A DNA stretch of 64,000 nt from an uncultured Phycisphaerales bacterium (GCA_963772725.1 CAVYYI010000003.1:256001-320000), one strand, 5' to 3'. Shown: positions 1-11,531, numbered from the stretch's first letter. The notes: generated from the sequence alone by a model not told the origin. Numbers and translations: made by a program.

Positions 1-586
1 TATCTTCTTTCTCTTCGGCTATAACGCTGACCCCGACAGCTTCTACCTTTTTGACCTTACTGGCCGCCAGTGAGAGAATTATATCGATATCGTGAATCAT
101 AACATCGAGAACAACGCCGATATCGGTCGAGCGAAACGGATACGGACTGATGCGATTGGCCTCGATGAATTTCGGCTCAATATTGAGTCTTTTCATAGCC
201 TGAACAACTGGATTGCAGCGCTCGGAATGACCGACTGCGGCGACAACGTTATGTTTTTCGGCAAGTTTTACAATTTCCCTGCCCTGTTTGGCGTTGGCTG
301 CCAGAGGCTTTTCTATCATTACAGCAATGTTATTTTCAATTAATAATTTCGCCAGCTCCAGATGATATATTGTCGGGGCTGCGATAGTAGCCGCATCGAC
401 TTTTCCCACAAGTTCAGCGATGTCGCTGAATGATAAACAGTTATATTTCTGCGCAAGTTCCGAGGCTTTCTGAGCATCCTTGTCAACGATGGCGACGAGA
501 TTACTTTGGGGCAACTGGCTGTAAACCTTGGCGTGAATGCTGCCCATCTTGCCTGCGCCAACTACGGCAGTACGTATTTTATCCAT
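1..586 (-). CDS. Gfo/Idh/MocA family oxidoreductase (GnnA-like), runs off window start
   Basis: Manual translation from ATG at 586: MDKIRTAVVGAGKMG (GxGxxG), EKP motif, DVMIHDID; directly downstream of lpxA. Confidence 0.85.
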   Translation of the reverse strand, partial: MDKIRTAVVGAGKMGSIHAKVYSQLPQSNLVAIVDKDAQKASELAQKYNCLSFSDIAELVGKVDAATIAAPTIYHLELAKLLIENNIAVMIEKPLAANAKQGREIVKLAEKHNVVAAVGHSERCNPVVQAMKRLNIEPKFIEANRISPYPFRSTDIGVVLDVMIHDIDIILSLAASKVKKVEAVGVSVIAEEKED

Positions 587-653
587 AAAATATCACCTCA
601 TTTAGCTTATTTTCCATTGCTTCCCGCCGGCGAACGTAACACCCTTTGCCCGA

Positions 654-1460
654 TTAGTGCCGAAATTTCTCGAGGTATCTTCCGTATCGTTGCTCGCTGC
701 TTTTCATTATCATATCGACCATGGCCTTTACGTTTTCATCAAGACCTTCCTGCTGGGCAAGAACTTTTGCGTTTTCGAGCAGTGTCCCGCCGCTGCGATA
801 AAGCCGCCTGTAAGCATCCATTACTTCTTTCTGCTGTTGCTCGTTAAGGCCTGCGCGAATGAGGCCGCGTTTATTGACGCCGCGAATTTTCGGAGGATAA
901 TGGCCGCTGACAATAAGAAACGGCGGAATATCATGGTTGATGCCCGCAAGGCCGGAAGCGTAACACCATTTGCCAACGGTAATGAACTGGTGCATCAGCA
1001 CCATTCCGCTGAGCCATACACCCGTTTCTATTTTACAGTGTCCGCTTATCTGGGTGTAATTGCTCATAACGAGCTTATCTTCGAGAATACAGTCGTGGCC
1101 GATGTGAACGCCAATCATAAGCAGATTATTATTGCCGATTTTCGTAAATTCACCATCGTGCATACTCGGATGAATAGTTACCTGCTCGCGAATAGTGTTG
1201 CCGTCGCCGATAATCAAACCTCCAATTTTTTTATCCGCTCCAAGGCCGAGTATCTGCGGCATTCCGCCTATTATGCAATTCGGATAGAACCGGTTGTTGT
1301 CTCCTATTTGAACATCTTTGCCTATATAAACATTCGCGACAAGCACATTACCGTTTCCGATTATAACGCCGCTTTCGACAACGCAATTGGGGCCGATTGT
1401 TACGTTCTGTCCCAACTGCGCGGTCTTATGAATCACAGCACTGGGGTGTATCTCATTCAT
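654..1460 (-). CDS. lpxA: UDP-N-acetylglucosamine acyltransferase
   Basis: Hexapeptide repeats, IREQVTIH, HIGHDC, DIPPF, GVNKRGL; lpx operon context. Confidence 0.93.
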   Translation of the reverse strand: MNEIHPSAVIHKTAQLGQNVTIGPNCVVESGVIIGNGNVLVANVYIGKDVQIGDNNRFYPNCIIGGMPQILGLGADKKIGGLIIGDGNTIREQVTIHPSMHDGEFTKIGNNNLLMIGVHIGHDCILEDKLVMSNYTQISGHCKIETGVWLSGMVLMHQFITVGKWCYASGLAGINHDIPPFLIVSGHYPPKIRGVNKRGLIRAGLNEQQQKEVMDAYRRLYRSGGTLLENAKVLAQQEGLDENVKAMVDMIMKSSEQRYGRYLEKFRH

Positions 1461-1490
1461 GTATTTTTTAACCTCTAACCTTTTTAATTT

Positions 1491-2799
1491 TTATAATTTC
1501 TCGTCATCGACGAGCATAAACTTAATAACCGCCTCGGCGACTACCGCCTCTCCGACCATCGCTTTGCATTGGCAGTCCGCCGTTCTTTTTCTTGATTTTA
1601 CCGATTCAGCTATAAGAACAAGCTGGTCACCGGGGACAACTGTTTTGCGGAGCTTCACGGAATCCATTCCGAGCAGAAGAGCAAGTTTGCCGGTATGTTC
1701 AAGCTTTTGAGCGAAAAGCAGGCCCGAAATTTGCGCCATCGCTTCAACAATAAGAACACCGGGCATAATAGGTGTGCCGGGGAAATGCCCCTGGAAAAAC
1801 TGTTCATTGAAACTGACGTTTTTAATGCCTTTTATTCGTGTTTCGCCTTCAATTTCGACTACCCGATCAACAAGTAAAAACGGATACCTGTGCGGCAGTA
1901 TTTTCTGAATTCGGCGAATATCAAGAAGCGCATCTGTCCCAAATTTTTTTATGCGGTCCTGTTTTTCCGCCGCAGCATACAAGCTTGTCGCAAGCTGCTG
2001 ATTCAGAGAATGCCCGCTCTTGTAAGCTACAATCCTTCCTTTTAAAGCCCTGCCGACAAGCGAAAGGTCACCTATCAAATCCACTATTTTGTGGCGAACG
2101 CATTCGTTTGGAAACCGGAAGCTGTTCTTAATCGGACCATCGGAATTTATCACGAGGATATCGTGTGGACTAAGATGTTTTCCGATTCCATGTGCCTGAA
2201 ACTGCTTGGCCTCGACTTCGAGAAGAAATGTTCTTGCCGCCGCGAGATTTTTTTCAAAATTATCCGGAGTTATTCGGCAACTGAAAATCTGCCTGCCGAT
2301 TCCGGTATGGCCGCCGTAATCTAAATCATAAGTGATATTCAATCCATCATCGGGGTATGGCAGGGCATATATCGAGGCGTCGCCGGAAGTTATACTTACA
2401 GGCTCGGTAATTGTAAATTCCTTTCGGGTCGAGCTTTGTTCGACCGATTCGGCCTGTTTAAGAATTTTTACATACTCTATACTGCTGCAATCGAGACTTG
2501 GCATCTCTGGCCCCTCAATCTCTATAACCAGGTTGTCAATCTCCAGCGCGCTGACGGCAGCGAGGCAATGCTCAACAGTTTCAATGCTTACGGCGCCTTT
2601 TCTCAGGGCAGTTCTGCGGCTGCGGTCGGCAACATTAGCCGCCTGCGCAGGTATCCGGACAGGTTCAGGTAAATCTGTTCGCACAAATACCACTCCGGAA
2701 TCCGCGGCGCAGGACGGAAAACAACTTTAGCGTCTGCGCCGCCAAGAGACCTTTGCCGGCTACACGTGTTTCATTTTTTATCGTCTTTTGCAGCTTCAA
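1491..2799 (-). CDS. lpxC: Bifunctional LpxC deacetylase / FabZ dehydratase; 5' end frameshifted
   Basis: [17 protein letters not shown] (LpxC); [28 protein letters not shown] (FabZ). N-terminus [20 protein letters not shown] recoverable from TTG at 2799 across two indels. Confidence 0.92.
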
Positions 2800-3811
2800 G
2801 TTTATCTATCCTTTTTCGGAGTTGTTTTAATTCAGCAGCCATTTCTGGTAATCGATTAGTCAAAACAATTTTACGAATCGCGTCACTCTTTTCGCTGGCG
2901 GGAGTACCAAATAATTCTTTATTTGCTCCTACACTCTGAAAAGCAACGCATCCGCCGCCAAGCATTGTACCTGCGCCTATTTCGACATTGTCGCTTGTAC
3001 CGCTTCGCCCGCCCATTACAACACCATCGCCGAGACGGGCACTGCCGGCGATACCTACCTGGCTGGCTATAAGGCAGCACCTGCCAATTATTACATTATG
3101 AGCGATTTGAACAAGATTGTCTATTTTTGTTCCGGCACCAATAATGGTATTATCGAATTTCGCCCTGTCGATACAGGTATTTGCTCCTATTTCGACAAAA
3201 TCTTCAATTATTACCCCACCGTTATGGGGGATAAGCCTGTGCGCACCATCTATAAAATAATACCCAAATCCCGTTGCCCCGATGGTGCTGTTGGCCTGAA
3301 TGATAACATTGCTGCCGAGAATACAGTTATGATAAATAACAACGTTGCAATCGAGCCTGCAATTTCTTCCGAGCCTTGAATTCTCACCGAGCCTGCATCC
3401 GCTGGCGATGACACAGTTTTCACCAATTTCCACGTTGTCATCAATTACAACGTATGCCCCAATACTTGCCCCTTTTGCAATTTTGACATTATGGCCGATT
3501 TTAGCAGTGGGGTCAATACCCTGGGCGATGCCTTTTAATTTCGGGGCAAAAATTTCGAGAACTTTTATCAGGGCGGCGTTAACATTTTTTACGATTAACT
3601 GAGGCTTGGAAATATCCTCAATTTTCGCTGCGGTAATAACCGCCCCGGCGGCAGATTTCTTTAGCCTGCCTATATGTTTTTCGCCAATCATAAAAGTAAT
3701 TGTTGCCGGAGTCGCGGTATCTATGGGACCGACAGCATTAATTTGCCCGGAACCATCTCCCGCCAAATCGGCACCAATGCGATTAGCCAATTCTGAGACA
3801 GTAATTAACAT
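2771..3811 (-). CDS. lpxD: UDP-3-O-acyl-glucosamine N-acyltransferase
   Basis: Hexapeptide repeats, [28 protein letters not shown]. Confidence 0.95.
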   Translation of the reverse strand: MLITVSELANRIGADLAGDGSGQINAVGPIDTATPATITFMIGEKHIGRLKKSAAGAVITAAKIEDISKPQLIVKNVNAALIKVLEIFAPKLKGIAQGIDPTAKIGHNVKIAKGASIGAYVVIDDNVEIGENCVIASGCRLGENSRLGRNCRLDCNVVIYHNCILGSNVIIQANSTIGATGFGYYFIDGAHRLIPHNGGVIIEDFVEIGANTCIDRAKFDNTIIGAGTKIDNLVQIAHNVIIGRCCLIASQVGIAGSARLGDGVVMGGRSGTSDNVEIGAGTMLGGGCVAFQSVGANKELFGTPASEKSDAIRKIVLTNRLPEMAAELKQLRKRIDKLEAAKDDKK

Positions 3812-3851
3812 AAATACTCTAAAACTAAAAGGGCGAATTCAACAATAATCG

Positions 3852-4448
3852 TTAATTCTTGCCGTCCAATTTCGCCATCACCTCGTCAGTTATATCCACG
3901 CAGCCTTTGCAATACAATAATTTATGGGAACTGATAGTGAGCATAAGCTCATTAGAATTATCCGCAGGAAGTTCCGGCTCGCTTTTCTCAAAGACCATAT
4001 CTATACCTTTTTCCTCGGCAACCAGTGAGGTCTTTTCCAAAATGCCCTTATAGACTTCCTCAACAATCCTCTGTTCTTTCAAAACCATCTGTCTGTTTTG
4101 AAATTCCTGCTGGGCCTGAAGACTGGCCTGCTTTGTCAATATATCTTTGACTGCCGCCATATAATCGGGACTGCCGCTCTTGAGGGTCTTTAGTCCGGCC
4201 TTTTGTGCGTCAATTTCCTTTGAAAGCTTTTCCAGTTCCGCTTCAATCTTAGTTCGCTCAGCGGTCGCTTCATCTCTGTATTTGGCGCTTAACTTACATT
4301 CTCTGAGAATTTTCTTAATACTCACTGTGCCTATTTTCAATCCTGATTTAGGTTCAGTGGTCTTGGGTTCCGCTACGCCGCAATTATGTACGGCAAATAA
4401 AACCATAATCCCGATAACACAAATTGTAACCAACGTTTTAAACTTCAT
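3852..4448 (-). CDS. skp: OmpH/Skp periplasmic chaperone
   Basis: Signal peptide, KIGTV, coiled-coil body, DITDEV C-terminus; between bamA and lpxD. Confidence 0.85.
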   Translation of the reverse strand: MKFKTLVTICVIGIMVLFAVHNCGVAEPKTTEPKSGLKIGTVSIKKILRECKLSAKYRDEATAERTKIEAELEKLSKEIDAQKAGLKTLKSGSPDYMAAVKDILTKQASLQAQQEFQNRQMVLKEQRIVEEVYKGILEKTSLVAEEKGIDMVFEKSEPELPADNSNELMLTISSHKLLYCKGCVDITDEVMAKLDGKN

Positions 4449-4489
4449 AACAATTCCTTTCTCATTTTATTAAAAACCACTTAGTTTAA

Positions 4490-6847
4490 CTAAAACAGTC
4501 TGCCGACAGAGAAGCTGAATATCTGGGTATCGTCGTCTTCGTCTTTAAGGAACGGCACAGCAAGCTCGAATCTCATCGGTACAGGTCCAAACCACTGGGG
4601 CAATTTTATTTGTATGCCTGTGCCGATAGCGGCGCGATAATTCCCGGTATCAACAGTACCTGTATCTATAAAAAACAGACCCGACAGAGTATTACTTACC
4701 ATAGGCACAACCACCTCAGTATTTGCTAAAAATATCCAGTCACTTCCTATTGGGTCTTTTCGTTCGGGATTAAGCACATTTGTCTGAAGGCCCCTGGTGC
4801 TTACGCCTCGATATTCAAAACCTCTGATACCATAAGTTCCGGTGCCGCCGCCGTAAAATTTCTCAAACGGAGGCGCATCGCCGACGGTTGTCGCAGCCAG
4901 AAGTTTGGTTCCCAGCACGGTCTTGCGTTCCGCCAAATCCTCATAAATAGTCGTATAATTCTTAAAGGCCGCACTCAATATTCCAAAGGTATAATCGCCG
5001 CCAACCTGCTCATACCCGACATTAAAAATATATCCTTTGCTCGGGTCAAATTTGTCATCGACGAGATTTCTCCCAACACCGAATTTCACTCCAGCCAGAG
5101 CGTTGTCGCCTTCGACATCCTTTATCTCCTGCGGTGCATCATCATCAATATCACTGATATTAACATTCTCAAGCCTGAAGCCGAGACTTCTCCGCCAAAA
5201 ATCCTTGTATCTTTTTTCAAATCCCACAAAGCCTTTGGTTCTCTGCTCGTCATAACTTTCCTGAAATCTCTCATAGCTTGAGCCGACGACATCGAGGGAT
5301 ATCGGCTTATTGTTGAGATAAGGCTCCGTAAAACTAACTGAATATTCGCTGACTTCCGTACCAGGCTGAAGAGCTATCCTGAGAGTCTGGCCTGCGCCTT
5401 TGAAGGCTCTGCCTGATATAAGGTCTTCAAAACTTTCAGGAGTATCGCTTATATCAAAATTTCTCTGCTCAAAAACGAGCTGACCAATTACACCGCTGTC
5501 GCTACCAACGCCCGCTCCAAGCATCACAAATCCCGTTTGACCTTCAGCAACACTGACCTGTGCGTCCCTGACACCCGGGTTTTTACCGGTCGGAGTTATT
5601 GCCGCTGATTCGGACATAGTCTCCTGGCGTACCATCTTCTCGAGTAAGCCCGTGCCGTCTCCCCTGGCGTAATCGCCGTTATACCAGTTGCCGGGCTGAA
5701 AATCGTACTCGTCCAGCACACGCCTGACAACTTTATCCTGTACGCGTTCGTTGCCGGTAATGTTAATCATCCCTATTCTGAATCTTTCATCTTCTTTAAT
5801 ATCGTATTCAATCTGCACCTGGTTTTGGCCCACAAAGTTCCGCTTTCGGTACACCATCGCATTGATAAAACCGATTTCGCGGTACAACTTGAGTATTCTT
5901 TTAGAGTCGGATTCAGCATAAAACTCATTGTAAACCTGGCCTTGCTTTAATTTCAATTCGGCCCGGAGGCGATTCTCAGCAAAGTATTTATTACCGGTAA
6001 AGACAATTTCCCCCACCGTGTAAACCGGTCCCTCGCTGATTTCGTAAGTAATTTTAACCTTGCTTCTGTCAGGACTGAAATCTTTTTTAGCAGTTATGGT
6101 AACGTTCAGATGACCCCTGTCGTAGTATATGCTCCTGAGTTTCTCAATATCCTTGTCGATGTTTTCCTCGATATAATAGCCCTGAAGAATAAGAAATTTT
6201 CTCTTTTTCATTTTCATCGCGGCCTGCAGCTTGCTGCTCTTAATCGAATTATTCCCCGTAAATGCGACGGCGGCGACTTTTACTCTTGGGCCCTCATTGA
6301 TTGTATAATTTAATTCGCCCAACGCGAACCGCTGCCTGTCAACACTTGCTTCTGCAAAGGGATAGCCTTTATTGTGATAGTAATCGAGCAGTTTCTTAAC
6401 GGATGTATCCGCAGCGACCATATCAAGATAATCGCCTCTTTTGAGGTCTAATTGTTTCTTAAGTTTTTCAGATTTATAAACTTTATTACCCGCAAAAGAA
6501 ATCGACCTGACGATATTCTTTTCGATAATTACAAAGACCAGTTTAACATTGTTATCCGTGACGGTTGTATTGTAATAGCTTTGTTCAACGCCGGCTAACT
6601 CCGCAATTCTTTTGGCGTCCTGAGCCGCTGTCGTGTCATCGAATGCCTCACCAACCCTGCTGCGAATTTTACTAAATATCTGATTCTGGGTTATGCTGCG
6701 ATTTCCCTGCGGTTCAATGGAACTTATTGTCAGCCCCTGCGCCGCTTGTTTGGTTTCATTTGCTCCCCTGGCGGCAACAAGTGGAAAAACCAGATTCAAA
6801 GCCATAATCCATACGAAAGCAATAAGACATCCATTCTTATTTTCCAT
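4490..6847 (-). CDS. bamA: Outer membrane protein assembly factor
   Basis: POTRA repeats, IRGF motif, C-terminal beta-strand ending in F. Confidence 0.95.
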   Translation of the reverse strand: MENKNGCLIAFVWIMALNLVFPLVAARGANETKQAAQGLTISSIEPQGNRSITQNQIFSKIRSRVGEAFDDTTAAQDAKRIAELAGVEQSYYNTTVTDNNVKLVFVIIEKNIVRSISFAGNKVYKSEKLKKQLDLKRGDYLDMVAADTSVKKLLDYYHNKGYPFAEASVDRQRFALGELNYTINEGPRVKVAAVAFTGNNSIKSSKLQAAMKMKKRKFLILQGYYIEENIDKDIEKLRSIYYDRGHLNVTITAKKDFSPDRSKVKITYEISEGPVYTVGEIVFTGNKYFAENRLRAELKLKQGQVYNEFYAESDSKRILKLYREIGFINAMVYRKRNFVGQNQVQIEYDIKEDERFRIGMINITGNERVQDKVVRRVLDEYDFQPGNWYNGDYARGDGTGLLEKMVRQETMSESAAITPTGKNPGVRDAQVSVAEGQTGFVMLGAGVGSDSGVIGQLVFEQRNFDISDTPESFEDLISGRAFKGAGQTLRIALQPGTEVSEYSVSFTEPYLNNKPISLDVVGSSYERFQESYDEQRTKGFVGFEKRYKDFWRRSLGFRLENVNISDIDDDAPQEIKDVEGDNALAGVKFGVGRNLVDDKFDPSKGYIFNVGYEQVGGDYTFGILSAAFKNYTTIYEDLAERKTVLGTKLLAATTVGDAPPFEKFYGGGTGTYGIRGFEYRGVSTRGLQTNVLNPERKDPIGSDWIFLANTEVVVPMVSNTLSGLFFIDTGTVDTGNYRAAIGTGIQIKLPQWFGPVPMRFELAVPFLKDEDDDTQIFSFSVGRLF

Positions 6848-6855
6848 ATATTCTC

Positions 6856-8292
6856 CTATAACGGCTCTTCCACAAATGATTCGGTTTTGTTTTCAAATCG
6901 TGTAATCTTTTCGAGGAATGTAAGTTCTACTGTCCCTGTAGGACCGTTTCGCTGTTTGGCTATTATCACCTCGGCGGTGTTGGTGCTTGTCCAGTTCTCT
7001 TCCTTATGATAATAATCCTCGCGGTGAAGAAGCATAACGACATCCGCGTCCTGTTCAATACTTCCGCTTTCACGCAAATCGCTCATTCGCGGTCTGTGGT
7101 CTTCTCTGCCCTCAGGCGAGCGATTCAACTGGCTCAAAACAACCACCGGAACATTCAACTCTCTTGCCAACGCTTTGAAATAACGTGATATCGCTGTTAT
7201 TTCCTGCTGTCGGGATTCCACCTGGCTGCCCATACTCATCAACTGTAAATAATCTATTACTATGCACTGTATATCGTGCTGACTTTTAAGACGCCTGGCC
7301 TTGCTGCGAAGTCCCAGCGGCGTTATGCCTGCGGTATCGTCAATAAAAATCGGGGCATCGGATAAAATCCCGCACGCTTTTACTAAATCCTGGTAATGCC
7401 CATCCTCCAGCATTCCCTTTCTGACAAGCTGCGAATCAATCTTACTGATGCTGCACAGAAATCTTTCCGCCAACTGCTGTTTGCCCATTTCAAGAGAGAA
7501 TATCGCGACAGGTTTTTTCGCTTCAACGCCTATATGTTCGGCAATATTCAACGCCAGACTGGTTTTGCCCATACTCGGTCTGCCGGCGATTATTATCATC
7601 TCGCCATTCTGCAGACCGCAGGTCAGCTCATCAAGTTTGATATATCCGGTCGGCAGGCCTGTTACATGCGCACCGTGCCGCTTTTCTATAAGTTCATATA
7701 CCTGCGTTACCAAATCTTTGAGCGATACTGTCGTACCGCTCACATTTTTGTCGGTTATTTGAAAAATGCGAGCTTCCGCCCGGTCGAGTTTCTCCGCTGT
7801 TTCGCCGCTTTTATTGTAAGCGTCATCAAGGATTTCAGTCGCGGCCTCGATAATCTCCCTAAGTGCCCATTTGTCCTTGATAATCCCTGTGTAGTATGTT
7901 ACGTTGGCCGACGAAGGCACCGACTGTACTATTTTAGCGAGGTAATCTACTCCGCCAACCTCATCAAGCTGATGTCTTTTCTCAAGCTCATCGCGAAGCA
8001 GCACCGCATCAAGACCCGTGCCTTTGTTCTTTTCGTAAAGCGCAACCAGGGCATCAAACATATAGCGATGCTCTATGTGATAAAAAGCGTCGGTCTTTAG
8101 CTGTTCTACCACTTCACCGATGCACGCGGGGTCAACGAGCATGGAACCGAGAACCGCGGCCTCAGCGGCCAGCGATTCCGGCATGCTCCGACCGGACATT
8201 GCCGCAGCTAAACTCATAGAAGAAACTTTCACAGCATCGGCAGCACCATCCGAAGATACCTTTTTGCTACTTTTCCTGTTCGGTTGGTTCAC
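6856..8292 (-). CDS. dnaB: Replicative DNA helicase
   Basis: GRPSMGKT, IDYLQL, SQLNR, DLRESGSIEQDAD, KQRNGPTG. Confidence 0.97.
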   Translation of the reverse strand: MNQPNRKSSKKVSSDGAADAVKVSSMSLAAAMSGRSMPESLAAEAAVLGSMLVDPACIGEVVEQLKTDAFYHIEHRYMFDALVALYEKNKGTGLDAVLLRDELEKRHQLDEVGGVDYLAKIVQSVPSSANVTYYTGIIKDKWALREIIEAATEILDDAYNKSGETAEKLDRAEARIFQITDKNVSGTTVSLKDLVTQVYELIEKRHGAHVTGLPTGYIKLDELTCGLQNGEMIIIAGRPSMGKTSLALNIAEHIGVEAKKPVAIFSLEMGKQQLAERFLCSISKIDSQLVRKGMLEDGHYQDLVKACGILSDAPIFIDDTAGITPLGLRSKARRLKSQHDIQCIVIDYLQLMSMGSQVESRQQEITAISRYFKALARELNVPVVVLSQLNRSPEGREDHRPRMSDLRESGSIEQDADVVMLLHREDYYHKEENWTSTNTAEVIIAKQRNGPTGTVELTFLEKITRFENKTESFVEEPL

Positions 8293-8746
8293 TTTGATTG
8301 TCCTGCTGAGCTACCACGACAACTGTTACTGTCGCCTTGAGGTCATCAGCAAATTTAAGTGTTACCTTAAATGTACCTGTTTGCTTTATATGCTCCGACA
8401 GATGAACCGTCTCGGTGGCTACTTCAAAACCCTGCTCCCGAAGGTTGGCCGCTATATCATCCGCCGTTACCGAGCCGAACAACACACCCAGTTCGTTGGC
8501 CTTGGCCGCTATAACAGCCTCCGCTCCCTCAACCGCAACGGCAGCCTTTTCCAGACGGTTTCTCTCTTGTATCCGTCTTTCCGCCGCCTTTGTTTTCTCC
8601 TTTGCCAAAGTCTTTGTATTGGCATCAGTCGGAATAACAGCCAGTTTCTGCGGAAACAGATAATTTCTTGCATAGCCCTCACTGACTTCGACAACATCGC
8701 CGAGCCAGCCGATTTTCTTTACGTCCTGACAAAGCAAAACCTTCAT
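8267..8746 (-). CDS. rplI: 50S ribosomal protein L9
   Basis: GDVVEVSEGYARNYLFP, LFGSVT. Confidence 0.96.
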   Translation of the reverse strand: MKVLLCQDVKKIGWLGDVVEVSEGYARNYLFPQKLAVIPTDANTKTLAKEKTKAAERRIQERNRLEKAAVAVEGAEAVIAAKANELGVLFGSVTADDIAANLREQGFEVATETVHLSEHIKQTGTFKVTLKFADDLKATVTVVVVAQQDNQSEPTEQEK

Positions 8747-8814
8747 ATATTCATCTCCAAAACTAAGTGTATTAACACTCTTAAATGATTTTACGATTAA
8801 AACTTCAACTCATT

Positions 8815-9084
8815 TTAATTCGTGAACGGAAGCAAAGCCATAAACCTGGCGAGCTTAATCGCTCTTTGGACTTTTCGCTGGCAACCCGCGCAATTTCCGC
8901 TCCTTTTACGGGAATAAATCTTTCCGCGATTGGTCAAAAGACGCTCCAGCGTTTCTATGTCTTTATAATCAATGTATTTGTCGCCCCTTCTGCAGAAACG
9001 GCATTGCGACTGCTCACGCATCCCTGTAAAACCCTGTTTCTTCCTGCTATTTTCACTTGTCTCTCTTGTATCTGCTGGTCTCAT
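8815..9084 (-). CDS. rpsR: 30S ribosomal protein S18 (Zn-ribbon form)
   Basis: CRFC, IDYKD, RGKI, CAGCQR, AIKLARFMALLP. Confidence 0.95.
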   Translation of the reverse strand: MRPADTRETSENSRKKQGFTGMREQSQCRFCRRGDKYIDYKDIETLERLLTNRGKIYSRKRSGNCAGCQRKVQRAIKLARFMALLPFTN

Positions 9085-9182
9085 TGTTTACCTGCTTTTA
9101 ACCTCTCTAAAAACTATCATATTTCAAAATTATTTTCTCATATAGCAATTAAAATCCACGATTTACTATATGCAACATTTCA

Positions 9183-9608
9183 TTAAAACGGTATATCGTC
9201 CGCTGGTGGTGCGGCTCCAGCGTCTGGCATTTCGTCCGGAGCGGTTTCACCGCCACCGCCATGCGATTCGCCTCCCGCGGGGCCGCCGATAAACTGAAAG
9301 TTTTCCACCGTTACCCTGTGTTTGCTTCTCTTGGTTCCATCCTGCGCAGTCCAAGTGTCAAAAGTGAGCCGGCCTTCAAGAAATAAGGGCTTACCTTTAG
9401 TTAGATACTTGTTTATTGTTTCCGCCTGCTTGCCAAACGCTCGGCAGTCAATAAAACAGACGTCCTCTTTCTTTGAGCCGTCTTTGCCCGTGTATTTCCG
9501 GTTCGCGGCCAACCCAAATTCTACTACCGCTGTCTGGCTCGGCAAATACGACAACTGCGGGTCACGCGTCAGATTGCCCATCAGAAATATCTTATTGAAT
9601 GCAGCCAT
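9183..9608 (-). CDS. ssb: Single-stranded DNA-binding protein
   Basis: NKIFLMGNLTRDP, C-terminal DDIPF. Confidence 0.96.
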   Translation of the reverse strand: MAAFNKIFLMGNLTRDPQLSYLPSQTAVVEFGLAANRKYTGKDGSKKEDVCFIDCRAFGKQAETINKYLTKGKPLFLEGRLTFDTWTAQDGTKRSKHRVTVENFQFIGGPAGGESHGGGGETAPDEMPDAGAAPPADDIPF

Positions 9609-9645
9609 ATCCGCTTCCTTTTTTAACTATTGACTCAATTATCAG

Positions 9646-10143
9646 TTAAATGTTCGAATTTTTTTCGGAATCTATATCTTCCATTATGTCAGGAATTTTT
9701 TCAACCTGTTCTATTTCTTCAACATCATCTTCTGCCTTTACGGCTTCGACCACTTCCTGAACAGTTGGACGTTTCTCCGCGAGCATCGCGGGGGTGTCCT
9801 TGTCTATAATTTCCTGCGGTATCTCATCGGCATTCAATATTAAAACGCGGATGACACGTTCCGACAATAGAATATCTCTTTCTATGTCGCGAACTTTCGT
9901 GCCGTCAACCCTGAAATAACAAAGAATGTACGTCCCGCGGGACTTACCCTGCACGGTATAAGCCAGTTTACGCTCATCCCATTTCCGCAAAGAATTTATC
10001 TCTGCGCCGGACTTTTCCAGTATGGTCCGTATCAGGCCGACAATTCCATCCCAATCCGATGCCGCTTCCGCGGAATCCACGAGAAACATTGCCTCATATA
10101 ATTTCTTAACAACTGTTTCCAAGCCAGTTACCTCCAAATACAT
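9646..10143 (-). CDS. rpsF: 30S ribosomal protein S6
   Basis: YEAMFL, WDERKLAY, acidic tail; rpsF-ssb-rpsR-rplI order. Confidence 0.93.
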   Translation of the reverse strand: MYLEVTGLETVVKKLYEAMFLVDSAEAASDWDGIVGLIRTILEKSGAEINSLRKWDERKLAYTVQGKSRGTYILCYFRVDGTKVRDIERDILLSERVIRVLILNADEIPQEIIDKDTPAMLAEKRPTVQEVVEAVKAEDDVEEIEQVEKIPDIMEDIDSEKNSNI

Positions 10144-10185
10144 TAAAAATTTCTAATCAAACCAAAAAATTAAACTTAACTTTTT

Positions 10186-10769
10186 TTATTCATCTTCTTT
10201 CGCCGCGGCGTTAAACCTGTTCATCGCCATTTCTGTTCCATATTCGAGCCAGCAAAGAATCGCTTTGACGGCATCGTTAATCGCGGCTTCAATCAGTTTC
10301 CTATCCTGCTCATCCGGTCTTGAGAGAACAAAATCCACCGAATTTGCTCTGCCTGATGAGCCTATTCCTACTCGAAGCCGCGGAAACTCATCTGAGCCTA
10401 ATTTCTCAATAATATCCGCCAGACCGTTATGCCCGCCGGATGAACCTTTTTTCCTTATCCGAATCCTGCCGGGTTCAATCGCCATATCATCGCTTACCAC
10501 CAGCAAATCGGACAACGGGACTTTATAGTATCCCGCGGCTGTAACAACCGCCTGTCCGCTGCGATTCATATATTCCCACGGCTTCAACAATATTAACTTT
10601 TTATCGCAAAATTCTCCCTGGCCAAAACACGCTCGAACTTCTTTTTTCTTATGTCAATATCCAGCGTTTTTGCCAGCAAATCCACAACTTTAAAACCAAC
10701 GTTATGACGCGTTTCTGTGTATTCATCGCCTGGATTACCCAGACCAGCAACCATTCTGATTTCTGCCAT
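10186..10769 (-). CDS. pth: Peptidyl-tRNA hydrolase (frameshift near 10630)
   Basis: GLGNPG, TRHNVGF in one frame; [23 protein letters not shown] in the next. Confidence 0.93.
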
Positions 10770-10831
10770 AACAGTCGTTATGAATCTCAAAAAGTTTATT
10801 CACATTTACTATGCACATTATTATCAAAAGC

Positions 10832-11484
10832 CTAAGACTTTTCTTCCTCAGGAGCCTCTTCTTCCTCCTTCTTTTTCTCAGTAATAACTTCAGGAGCGGC
10901 AGGAGCTTCGGCGAGAATTTCTTCAGTAGTCTTAGCCTCCAGAACTATGTTGCAGCTTGCCACAAAAGCCTCAGGAGCGGTTACAAGTTTAACTTCCGGC
11001 GGAAGAACAATGTCCTTGGCCTTTATAACATCGCCGACATTCATTTCTTTCACGGATACAACTATGGAATCAGGAATATTGGTTACTCTGCATTCCACTT
11101 CCAGTTTATCGAGATGCGCTGAACTACGCCGCCCTCGGCAGCGCCCTTCGCCGTTCCCTTAATCTCGATAGGCACACCGACTTTTACGGTTTCAGTCACA
11201 TCAACACGCATAAGGTCAATATGTACAATGTCTTTGCCGAGATAATCGTACTGCACATCCTTGATAAGCGTTGTTTCCTTGGCGGCGCCGATTTCAACAT
11301 CTATAACTCTCGCCCCATGATGCAGTCCCTCCGTAAAATTATGCGCATCAAGAGAAACTGATATCGGGTTTTTGCCGTGACCGTAAATTGTTGCCGGTAT
11401 CTGCCCTTTATCTCGCAACTTTGCGGCTGAGTGTTTTCCAACCTTTTCCCTGACTTCTGCTTTTAAAAGCAAGGTTCTTTCCAT
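10832..11484 (-). CDS. rplY: 50S ribosomal protein L25/Ctc (frameshift near 11120)
   Basis: IPATIYG, IKDVQ, HIDL, then CRVTNIPDSI C-terminal domain. Confidence 0.93.
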
Positions 11485-11531
11485 AATCTTTTCACCTGTT
11501 CTTTCCTATTGTAAATCCGATACTTCTTACT

